NCBI GenBank assembly: GCA_965112735.1
Contig: OZ218953.1
Span: 5,146,001-5,210,000, forward strand
DNA: 64,000 nt
Reading direction: 5' to 3'
DNA from: Phaeosaccion multiseriatum
Taxonomy: Eukaryota > Protista > Ochrophyta, other classes
This document shows positions 45,256 through 56,027 of the stretch, in pieces. Numbering within the stretch: the first letter of the stretch is position 1; every line of letters starts with the position of its first letter. The notes under the pieces were generated by a model. That model searched no databases and was not told the DNA's origin. It was given only the letters and a program-made list of their open reading frames with translations. The translations under genes were made by a program, and so were the position numbers.

Positions 45256-46053
45256 TTAGAGTAGAACCGCAACGATCACAGCCGTGGCCGCTGCAGCGAG
45301 GAATGTTGATGCGGCCGAAAACTGCTGCGAAGAAGCGTTATCGAGGCCATCAACTGGAGTAACACGGTCCTCGCACCCAGGGATACTAGTTATATCAGTG
45401 CCCAATCCGAAGCCGAACCCCGAGCAAAACTTGTCGGGAAAGTCCATCATGGCATCCTCTACTTCTGTCAGCAACGGTTCGCATAGGGCACTCCCCGCCC
45501 CATCGTTGATCTCCTCACACAGCCGAATCCTAATGGTTGCCTGCTCCGTGTCACGATCGAGAGCCAGCTTGGCGTAAAGGGTATCGCATACTTGGTCCTT
45601 TTCTGTGGCTCCTGGCTCCACTGCAAAGTAGTCCTTCATCGCATTGTAGCAGGAGCTCTCTGAGTCTTCGCAGTCGTACACAGTCCCATCGATCGTGATG
45701 GTATCTTTGAGCGCTGGAGCACCCGTAGCTGAGTCTTCGAAGAAATTGCCTTCGCTGACACCCAATCCTAGCTTCACGCTCGAAGATGCCAAGCTTCCAA
45801 ATCGTAAGGCGTTCACAAACCCATTCGTCGTGTCGCATACAGGGCTGGGATCTATGGAACTAATCGTATTTGGGTACTCGCTGAGGCAGTCCTCGTTGGC
45901 AGTAGACCAGGCCACTATAGTTTCATCAATCTTGCCGTACGCCTTGCAATCAGCCTCGTCGTTTCCATCAAATGCACAGGCGTCACAGTCTTGACTCTGT
46001 ACAGCGCCAAGGGATCCGAGAAAGCTCAGTAGAAGCACCAAGTGTTTCGCCAT
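45256..46053 (-). CDS. Uncharacterised secreted, probably GPI-anchored Cys-rich protein (265 aa, intronless)
   Basis: MAKHLVLLLSFLGSLGAVQS signal peptide, 12 Cys, acidic. C-terminal small residues (NASS) followed by a hydrophobic tail FLAAAATAVIVAVLL-stop. The upstream extension in the ORF track (to 46500) looks non-coding. Confidence 0.78.
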   Translation of the reverse strand: MAKHLVLLLSFLGSLGAVQSQDCDACAFDGNDEADCKAYGKIDETIVAWSTANEDCLSEYPNTISSIDPSPVCDTTNGFVNALRFGSLASSSVKLGLGVSEGNFFEDSATGAPALKDTITIDGTVYDCEDSESSCYNAMKDYFAVEPGATEKDQVCDTLYAKLALDRDTEQATIRIRLCEEINDGAGSALCEPLLTEVEDAMMDFPDKFCSGFGFGLGTDITSIPGCEDRVTPVDGLDNASSQQFSAASTFLAAAATAVIVAVLL

Positions 46054-46419
46054 GATTGGCCAGCTCCTATCTAGACACCTACGTACACGAAGTCCAAGTT
46101 GCCTTGTCGCTGGTCTGTCGCTGGCGTTGTTGCACGAAGGTCTCTGCGTGAGGTAAACAAAACTCGGAATAGATCCGGGAAAATAATAAATTGAAGTGCC
46201 ATCCGGAATGCCGCCATGAAATTCACAGATTATACCACCAACATGTGGAGCTGTCGTGCTGATTTTTCTGCTTTCGTTTCGCGTCTTTTTTCCCTTCGTT
46301 CTCCGCGGTCTTAATTGGCCTTCGTTGTGGGCTGGGCTGGGAAAATGATTTGGTGCGCTTGGTTGGGGAAGGCAGGAGAGGACTGCCGATTCTCCTGCTC
46401 CAGAGCCTGAGACTCTCCA

Positions 46420-47563
46420 ATGAAACCGCCGGAGGAGGAAAGGGGGGAGGAGGATGGTGGGGGTGGAGGAGAAGATGGGGGTGATGAAGACAGAGTACAA
46501 GATGGCGATATGCAGTCATTTCTATCTGCCACAGTGAAGCAGGAGGAAAGCAGCTTAGGAGGAAAAGAGGGTGGGGTAGAAAGGCATGAAGACGATGGAG
46601 GCGAGGAAGATGGCGACCAACATCAGCAGCTCTTTCGGAAGGACTCTTTGCTCCTCAAAGAGGCAGCCGCCTTCCTCGACATGCTTCGAGGTGAAGAGGA
46701 GAAAGAGCTTCACCAGAGGGGCGGCGAAAGCGCCCGGCGACATATCATAGAGGAGGATCGGGAGCAGACAGCAAGGACCATGCAGAACTATCTCCGGGCC
46801 AGGGCTGAGCACAACAGGGAAACGACGAAGCGCATCCACCCCCCTTCTTCCTGGACGGAGGACAATCCGATCCAGCTCCTTCCTCCTAAGGAGCTGGACA
46901 CGACGGATGCGAGGTGCGGATAAACGCACACGGCTGGGATGGGAGGCACGGGACAGGGAAGAGAGGGCGAGGCGTCACCTCCACCTCAAAAATAGTTTTT
47001 GCTTTGCTTCATACTCATGGGAGAGAAAAAGGAAAGGAACCATACTCTGTCTTTGCGGAGACACTTATACTGCCTCCCCGCGACATTCATGCTGCCTCTT
47101 CTCTCCTCTCCTCCCCTCCCCCCATCCCCCTGGAACGACACATGTGCGCACTGCAGTCTCCCTGCCCGGTCGGGGCCGAAGCGGTTCGACCCTATGGGCT
47201 TTGAGGAAGGAGGAGGCCTCCGTCGACCCATCTTCTATCGCAGTCCGTTCCTGACGTGTGCGCTCTGCAACAGTGTCACCTTTGTAGACGCTGCCGCTCT
47301 CCGATCCTGCATCGATCTCCGAGGGCTCGTCGATGACGCTCACATGCCCAAAGAAACGCTCCCACCCTGCAGCGGCTGTGGAGACACTACGGCACTCCGC
47401 GTGGGGGCAGAAGACTTGCTGCAATTCATTGCGGGGAGCAAGAGAGGTGAGCTCGTTTGCGATGCGATGCCGTGAGTAAGCAAGATTGATTGATGCTGTT
47501 TCAGAGGAGCAGGCCCGAGCAATGGGGTGTGGGTGGGGCCTACTACCCTCGCGCTGGTCTGAA

Positions 47564-47599
<36 letters not shown>

Positions 47600-48042
47600 T
47601 GCATGTCTGTCCTTTCCTGCACTGCTTTCTTTCTTCGTCAATCATTCACACCTCCCCCGCCGGCTTCGCCCGCGCCCCCCTCCGCCTTGGGTCTCTTGGC
47701 GGCCTTTTATTTGCTTTCTGCTTCTGCTGCTTGCGCGGAATGTCTGTATGTGTGTGCGTGAACTAAACAGAGATACTGGAGCGGCGAAGGAGGGAGCTGC
47801 GAGCCGCCCGCGTGTTGCAGAGGGAGTACCGAGCCTACCTGCACATTAGCTACGCCAAGGCCCAGTACAAGAGGCTGCTGGCAGACCACCTGCTGCACTA
47901 CCGCTGCGCGTTGGTGATACAGGCCATTGGCAGGGGCCGGTTGGGGCGCAGGACGAGAGAGGCAGAGAAGTCTCTCAAAGTGTTGAGGGGGGCGCACGAG
48001 AGGCTCATTCAGTACGCCGTGCACGGGTACCCGGGCCGGAAG

Positions 48043-48102
<60 letters not shown>

Positions 48103-50273
48103 TGTGTATGTGGTGTGTGTGGTGTGTGTGTGGTGTGTGTGCGTGTGTGTATGTGTGCGTGTGTATGTGTGTGTGTGTGGTGTATGTGTCGTGTGTGTAT
48201 GTCGTGCATGTGTGTTTCGCCATCACCTCATCGGATCTCCTCTTGCCTCACTTGCCCAGCTTCCCATTTCAATTTCAGCTTCAGTTTATTAGCCTACATT
48301 CCTCCCCTTCTCTCCCCTCCTTAATCCACCCCTTCCTCCCCCCCCCCTCGTCAGCTGTTCTGGTACAAGACTCAGGGAGAGGTCAACCAACTCTTCCTCG
48401 ACTACAGAGAGCTCGTGCAGCGAACTGGGTATAGGCCGGCGAGGCTGGTCGTGGAGCAAAACATTATCGATGTGAGTCAGCCCCTCTCCTCTCCTCTTTT
48501 TCTCTCTTCTCTTGTCTTGTCCCCCTCACTCTGGGCCTGCTGTGTACTGCGCTGGCACGCCCCCCCCCCCCCCCTTATCGTGTGATGCGCTGACACGCCC
48601 TCCTCCCCTCCCCCCCTTGCTCTGGTGTTGTTGCTGTTGCTGCTGTATCACCACTTTCGATTTCTCAGATGGCGTTGCGCGTTCTTGAGCGTCAGGCGGA
48701 GCTCGCCTCCAAGATTCAGGCCCGGTGGAGGGGACTCTTGGTGCGCAAGTACATCGCCACCTACCGACTTGAGCTCATGCGGGTGCGTGAGAAGCACCAG
48801 CACCACCAGCAGCAGCAGCAGGAGGAGGAGGGGGGGGTCTGCCTGTCTGCCTGCCTGTCTAACATCGCAATATCCCCCCTCCCACACACGCGCACACACC
48901 ACCCCTATCCTATCTCCATTCGTGCATACCTCGACATCAACAGGTCCGAGAACATCGTGTTGCCATGACCTTCCGCTTACAGCGCTTCTACCGCGGCCAC
49001 CGAGACCGCAAACAACCCGTGAGGAAGCGACTCGATCTCTGGAAGACGTCCGTTCTCACAGAGTATCGTAAGTCAGCAAAGGAGAAAGCCGATGGACGGA
49101 GAACCGGGGCCCAGGATGAGCTTCTTCGTGCCCGCTATCGGCACGACAGGGCAACCGAGTTCACGGCACGCAGTATTGGGTTTGTGAACCCCAAGTTGGC
49201 GGGGGGGCAGAAGATGAAGGCGTTTCACGAGAGCCCGTACGGATCCGACCGTGTGACGCAGCTGATGGAGGCGCATGTACAAGGGGTGCGTAAGGCGATG
49301 AATGATGAGGCTGGCGCCGATGCCAAGAGGAGGGAGAGAGCGGACTACGTCTTTAGCCGGAAGGTGAGGGGCGAGGAGAGGGGAGGAAGGAAGCGAGGGA
49401 GGAAGCGAGGGAAGGAGGGAGGGAGGGAGAGAGCAAACAACCAGAGTGGTGCGCTACCCTGTGAGAAACGTATGTTTCTTCTTCCTCAAAACTCCTCCTC
49501 CTCCTCCCCCTCCTCCTCATCCTGCTCCTCCTCCCCCTCCTCTCCTCCTCCTCTTTCTCCTCCTCCTCCTTCTTCTTCTTCTTCTCCTCCTCCTGCTCCT
49601 CCTCCGCCTCCTCTCTTCCTTTTGGCCCCTCGCAGCAAGACGACCCTACGCTCAGTCTGTACTACGAAGACGAGCGGCGAGAGAGAAACCGCCTCATCAT
49701 TGAGCAGCTCACCACCAAGGTACGTACGTTCCTCCACGTTAGGGGGAGAAAACGAAAGGCAACAATTCCATTCCACCCCGATTATGAGCTCGATGATAGG
49801 GGGGGGGGGGGGGACACGAACAGCAACCTTCAAATCGCGCTCCCGTCCCCTCGCCCATGGTCACAATCTATCCACCAATCAAGGTGTCGAGGCCGTGCAA
49901 GAAGCAGCTCCTGAAGGACTTGAAGAGTCACAATGCACGCGCCCGCAGCACCGGCCAGGGCTACGCCTATCCAGAGTGAGTGAGGGGTAACGCGGAGTGA
50001 GGTGTTTTTTAGTCCCTTGCTTCTTTATTCCCCTCTCTTTCTCTCTCTCTCTCCCATTCCGCTCATTTCCCTCCCACCCACCCTTCCCCGCCCCACTCCA
50101 CCGCGCCACCCCTTTTACCCTCCCCTGCCTGTATCACCAACTGCCGCAGAGAGGTGTACCAGAGAGACCTGTCGTACCTCAAGGAGTGCGACGACCCCTC
50201 CGACGTGCAGAACCTCATCAACTTGGCCAAGGCGTCTCAAACAAGCAGTAGCAGCAGCAGCAGCAAGCGGTAG
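46420..50273 (+). CDS. IQ-motif protein with a CxxC...CxxC putative zinc ribbon, about 9 exons
   Basis: In-phase exons give TCALCNS...PPCSGCG, then AARVLQREYRAYL, ALVIQAIGRGRLGR, ASKIQARWRGLLVR and TFRLQRFYRG. Ends at TAG 50271-50273. Confidence 0.72.
48045..48215. repeat. (GT)n microsatellite at an exon/intron boundary
   Basis: Pure then degenerate gtgtgt run directly after codons PGRKK. Confidence 0.9.
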
Positions 50274-50541
50274 CAGCACGAGCCGCAAGCAATGGCGAAA
50301 AGCCGACACAAGAGACAGAGATAGAGAGGTGTAAGAGAGGAAAGATCGCTAGCTCTTGCTCCGGTTGTGTATACGCAGTTTACTGTAACGAAATAAGTAT
50401 GTACAGTTCTCATTTGGGGTGTTATCCTCTAGACTCCTCCGTCTCCGGAAACGTGCATGGGATTCTCGATATTGGTCGGATTCAGTAAACTGGAAGGCCC
50501 CTCTCCTCCCTCTCCTTCTCTCCTTCTCTCTCCCTCTCTCT

Positions 50542-52896
50542 CTACATGAGCGGAAGGCCGCTCGCATCGCACGAGTACACTGCGTTCAGCTGAGCGGATA
50601 CCGCCGCCACCTTGCCTGGCCAGGAGCAGCTTGGCTTGCAGCAGTCCTGTCAGAGGGAGTTGGTGATACAGAGGAAGGATGGAAGGGAGGGAGGGAAGGG
50701 AGAGGATCAGAGGGAGGAAGTCCAGTCCACGGTGGGTGTAGGCTGCACAGCGAGGAGTCAGGGAGGAGTCACAGATCGACCAACCTGCATGGTGGTGGTG
50801 TAACCGTTGTTCGTGTACTCGAGGCTCGGAGAGGCGCGGGGTAGGTCTGTGTCGTCGGTTCGAGCCATGCCTGCGTGGTGAGTAGGGAGGATGTGGGCAA
50901 GTGCTAGGGTGAGACAGGCGAGGAGCAGCGACAAGGCAGGCCAGGCAGGCAGCGGGAGGGAGGGAGGGCGTTGAACCATGTTGGGCCTTGCACACACACA
51001 CACACGGTTGCTCACCCGTTACCCTCGTGAGCGTCTCTGGACATCGGATTCGCGCGTAGGACACTTCAAAGTTACTGTGCCAGCCTTGCGAAAGCGCTTG
51101 CTTGCAAGCCCTTATGAGGGTGGAGTCCTTGTAGTTCCCTATCTCCCTGCAGAGAGGAGTTGCGAAGGAGAGGTGAGGGGAGAGGTTAGGTAGTTTGGTT
51201 GGCATTCGTCGGCGAGCATACGCTGGGCAATCCACCTCTCAAATAAGGGGAGAGAGAGAGACAGAGAGACAGAGGGGGCGAGAGAAAGAGAGAGATTCAG
51301 AGAGATACGCAGTGAGAGGGGGAAAGAGCGAGAGAGAGAGACACCGAGAGAGTGCGATAGAGATATACACACAGTGAGAGAAGGATACAAAGACAGACGC
51401 GCGCAACCCGCTTACTCTGTGGAGAGAGCATCGCATTCATCCACGCTGTGTGCTCCTCCGGTGAAGCACGATCCCCCGGGGGCCCAGGCGGCCGTAGTGC
51501 CTGCAAACATGCCGTGTGGGGCATTGGAGCACGTGCCGCAGCCCGAGGAAGCGGCGCAGTCCCCAGAGCAGGCGTTGAACAGACCCAAACCGCCTGGGAA
51601 GAGAGGGAGGGTGGGAGGGCGGATCGTAAGGGGGGTGAGAGAGAAGATAGAGAGAGAGACGCACACAGAGAGAGAGAACAGGAGAGAGAGAGAGAGCAGA
51701 GAGAGCGATAGAGAGACAGGGAGAGAGGCAGTGGGTGGCTCTTTCAATTGAAGGGAAGGTGGGTAAGAGAGGGAAGTACGCAAGCAGACGTATCAGGCAA
51801 AAAGCAGGGAATTTGCAACCGGTTTCGCTGTTTGAGAGAGAGAGCGGGACGAAGAAACACGTGCAACCCAGTGTAAGCCCCCCACCCACACACACACACT
51901 CTCTCCCTCTCTCTCTCCTCACCTCCGGCAACGTGAATGTCGAACTGCCCCTGAGACACATCTGAGCCTGAGTTGACGGCTTGCACAATCCACAACCTGT
52001 CAGGGTGTCCGTCCGGGTCCTCGGCCTTTAATTGGTAGCATGTACCACATTCAGCGTCACTGCCCAGGCCCGCTACCGCATACACCGCCCAGTGGTTCCC
52101 GTCCATCTCTGCTGCAAACTTCATATCGGGGGTGAGAAGCAGAGTCGAGGGGCAGGCGAAGGAGGTTGCTCCCTCAGTACCCCCCCCTCCACAAGCGCTT
52201 TCCCCATCCTTGATATAGGCGGCAGAGGAGAATGGAGCGTAAATGCCCAAGTAGCCCTGAATCCAAGATCCCCAAGACCACAGAGGGATGGGCCGGGCGG
52301 GGGGCTGCTCTGGGATCATCACACTGGCCCCAGGAGGCGCCACAGGGGGAGGACGAGGAGGGGGCGTGGGGGGTGCTGTTGTTTCGGCCTGTGTTGGGCT
52401 CGGTGTGGGAGGTGGAGTGGCGTCGGGGTCCGGTACGCATTGACTGTACCACTCGTTGCCGTACTGGTTGGGCAGGGCAACAGCGAGAGAGACGAGGAGG
52501 GACAGGGAGGATTAGGGAGAAGGGATGGATCCGGGGGTTTGGTGAGAAGGACGGGAGTCGTAATGGAGCACGGGTAAGCCACGCTGCACCCACCTGACAC
52601 ATGTCGCCTTGCTCGCAGCAGAGAGCCCCAGTCCATCCAACCCCCCCACACTTCTGCCACCGCTCATTGCATGCGAGTATGGGGTCCGCTCCAACTGACG
52701 GTGAAGAGGTTGCCTCTTCTTCTCCTGCCCCTCCCGTCGTCTGAGGAGCTGCTTCTCCTTCTGTAGTCTGAGGACCTGTTTCTCCTCCAGTCGTCTGAGG
52801 ACCTGCTTCTCCTCCAGTCGTCTCAGGAGCTCCTGTCTGCAGGAGAAGGACCAAGCAAGTGACTATTGCCTTGAGACCTTGCTTCATTTTACTCAT
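50542..52896 (-). CDS. Secreted CBM1 + glycoside hydrolase family 45 endoglucanase, circularly permuted, 6 exons
   Basis: Exons 52896-52594, 52463-51923, 51593-51416, 51146-51016, 50870-50785 and 50646-50542 are all GT-AG and in phase. CBM1: CNERWQKCGGVGWTGALCCEQGDMCQ|YGNEWYSQC. Pro/Thr linker. GH45 motifs CGTCYQL, IVQAVNSGSDVSQGQFDIHVAGGGLGLFNAC, CPETLTRVTG and terminal TTTMQDCCKPSCSWPGK. Confidence 0.9.
52730..52830 (-). repeat. 27-nt coding tandem repeat (P[EQ]TT[GE]GE[AT]G, about 4 copies) upstream of the CBM1
   Basis: PETTGGEAG PQTTGGETG PQTTEGEAA PQTTGGAG. Confidence 0.8.
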
Positions 52897-53150
52897 CTAG
52901 CAAAGGACAAGAGCTGAACCATGTGCTGTGAGAGGGAAGAGGGTGAGAGAAGAAAAAACAGAAAAACTGAAACTGTCAAAAAAAAAAGTGAAAAATAACA
53001 AATAACCTTGACCCGCTGTGTGCGAGGCTTGGCAGAGCAGCCTTGGCCCTCATCAATTGCCTTATTACATGGCTTTCCCCCAGAACCTGGAACCTGGAAC
53101 TTGGCCGGCTGGCGCCGGCCAGAACCTATTCAAGTTGTTAACAGTGTTCT

Positions 53151-54507
53151 CTAGGGGGGAAAGAGAAAGGCCTGCAGGTTGCACTTGTGGCCGCAGCCCG
53201 AGGGGCACACCAGCTGGTAGGTAAACCACTCCACATAACAGGCCATGTGGCCCCCGTGACTGCAAGCAGGGCACGACACGTACAAGCCTCGCACCGGCTG
53301 CTCGCAGAGGGAGCAGCGGCTGAGCACGGACGAGCACTTGCGGCAGCGGTGACTGGGGCCCGAGGGGGCGCGGCAGGAGGAGCAGTTGACGTGGACACTG
53401 GTGCTGCTCTTATTGAAGGCTCGAACGAATTCGTCGTCCGAGCTTTGGATAAGCTCATTGGCCTCCTGTGTGGAGGGGAGAGGGGAGAGGGGAGAGGGGA
53501 GATAAAATAGTCAGGAGAAGGACGAGGGGGGGAGACAAAGAGTGAAGAGAAGGGACAAGCTCCGACACACATGGAGGAGGAAGGAAGACACACCACAAAT
53601 ACCCCAATCAGCCGCCCGCAAGGCGCTGAGCGTGTGAGTTTCCTCCACTCTAAACTCCACTCCACTCCACTCCACTCCACATCATACTCTGTTGTGTCCA
53701 CTCCCTCCTTCCCTCCCTCCGTCCCTCCCTGCCTGCCTGCCTGCCTCACCTTCCACAGCTCGAGCTTGTGCAGCTGCTCAATGTAGGCGCAAAACCACTC
53801 CCTCACAAGGTTGGACTCCAGGCCCAGGGTAACGTTCCAATCGATCGGCGGCGGCGGCTCACACGCAACCCCCTTGCTCCTAACCCTCAACCCCCTCCCC
53901 CCCATCCTCTCACTCCTCCTTTGCTCCCCCCCCCCCTCCTCCTCCTCCTCCTCCTCCTCCTCCTCCTCCTTCGCCTGCGTCTCCCTGAGCCAGGCTTGCA
54001 CCACCTTACACACCCCCACGCAGTGCTGCACATCTCCCTCCTCCGCAGCGGCCTCCAGGAACTCTCTAATAGTGTCCCTCCACAGCCACCCCACAGCGAG
54101 ACCCCGACCCCGGGGGGCTGAAAAGGAAGTTGAAGTTGAAGTTGAGGTTGGGTTTGAGCCCCTTTCCCCCTCAGGATCTAGTCCAGCCTCCCGCTGCTGC
54201 TGCTGCTGCTGCTGTTGCCGCCCTTTGCCTCTTCGCTGTGGTGACTTCGGCGGTGATCGCAAAACCCCTACGGTGCCCTTACCCAAGCCGCCACCAGGAA
54301 GAGAGCCCACCCCTCCCCCCGCCCCTCCTCCTCCTGCTGCTGCTGCTGCTCCCGCTCCTGCTACTCCTGCTGCCACTGCTGCCGCTGCTGCTACCGCCGC
54401 CGCTGCTGCTGCCGCTGGTGCACTACCTGTAGACCGGGTCTGCGGATGGGGGTTGTGGTGTGCACGAGAGGCCGAAGCTACACCCGCCCCCCCCCCCCCC
54501 CCTCCTC

Positions 54508-54541
<34 letters not shown>

Positions 54542-55978
54542 GTCATCTTTTTCCTCCAAGAGCGCCATCGCGTCACCAACTGTAAACTGCCCTGAGCTCT
54601 GCTTGTCCAGTGCCTGCTGCTGCTCTCCTCCATTGCCGGCTTCCCCCTCCTTCTTTCCTCCTCGACCTGTTGTGTCCATCAGCCCCTGCCCAGTCCCAGC
54701 CGATGAAAGAAGGTGTCTCTCCTGTATCCTTGGGGTGGGCGCGGCGCCATCAAGCAGCACCTGAGGCCCGTCGGGAGAGAGAGAGAGATAGAGACAGAGA
54801 GAGAGAGAGAGAGACAGACAGAGAGACAGAGAGACAGACAGACAGAAAGGGGCTCACCATACTTTCACTTTTAGGCAAACATTCGTGATCGGATGGCACT
54901 TAAGGGTTTCATCCAAGAGGGGGGAAGGGGGAAACGTGGGTCCAATAATTTGAAACTGAAACTGAAACTGAAACTGTATCGTACCTGCAGCAGACGCCAC
55001 ATATGACATACCCTCAGCAGCCCACAGCTGAGGGCAGCGTGTGCGTTGTTCGCGCACATTTGAAAGACAGGGGCTCCTGACAACAGATAGCGCTGGGCCA
55101 AGTAGGGGACACAGAGAGGGTGAAAACCGCCAGCAAAGCTCGCCCCGTCCCCCGGAAACAAGCCCCCCCCCCCCCCCCACTCCCACATGCCGCCTCTCCT
55201 CCTCCTCCTCTTACTCCTCCCCTCAACCCCGTCTCCACCGACGATCCCGACAAGGGCCCTCCTTGCTGTTGCCCCTGCTGCCCCGCCGCTAAGTCGTAGA
55301 GATTGCACATTTGGAGGGTCGCAGGAGGGGGGTGCGGCGAGAGGAGGGGGGTGCCCATCATTTCCGGAAAGCTGCTCTTCTTCCCCTGTATACCGAGGGG
55401 CTGATGAGGATAAAGCTGCGTGCCTCCTCCTTCACCTCCTCCTTCGCTCCCTCCTCCTCCTCCTCCTCCTCCTTCCCCTCCCTCTCCTCCTACCTCTCCT
55501 CCCTCCTCCCCTCCTCCACCACCTCCTTCGCCTTCTCCTCCATCGAGCTTGGGCGAGTAGGGGCAGGGGAAAGGGAGGAAGGAGTACGTACACACCGTGT
55601 GGAGGGAAACAGCGGGGTGAAGACGAAAATAGACAGCGATGTATATAAGCATGTAACATACGTAAAGTCCACGCAAAGTGGTAAGAGACGATTTCTTCTT
55701 TGGGAGGTTGACGACATGTAAAGGGTAGAGAAGAAGGGAGGGGTTTTCCGAGCGAGAGAGAGGGAGGGAGGGACAGAGGGAGAGAGAAAGAAAGGAACAC
55801 AAAGAAAGGGAGGAGGCCCGAGAGAGAGAGAGACCGGAGAGAAAAGACCGATACAGAGACACAGAGAGAGAGACAATGATATGGAGAGAGGGAGAAACAG
55901 ACAGAGAGAGAGCGCGGGAGACAGACAGAGATCGACACAGGACAGAGAGAACAAAGAGAGAGGGAGAGAGAGAGAGAG

Positions 55979-56027
<49 letters not shown>

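Noticed and set aside
46054-46500. N-terminal 149 aa of the 414-aa ORF 45256-46500
   Set aside because: Non-ATG start, it overlaps the divergent IQ gene, and a clear signal peptide begins at the Met at 46053.
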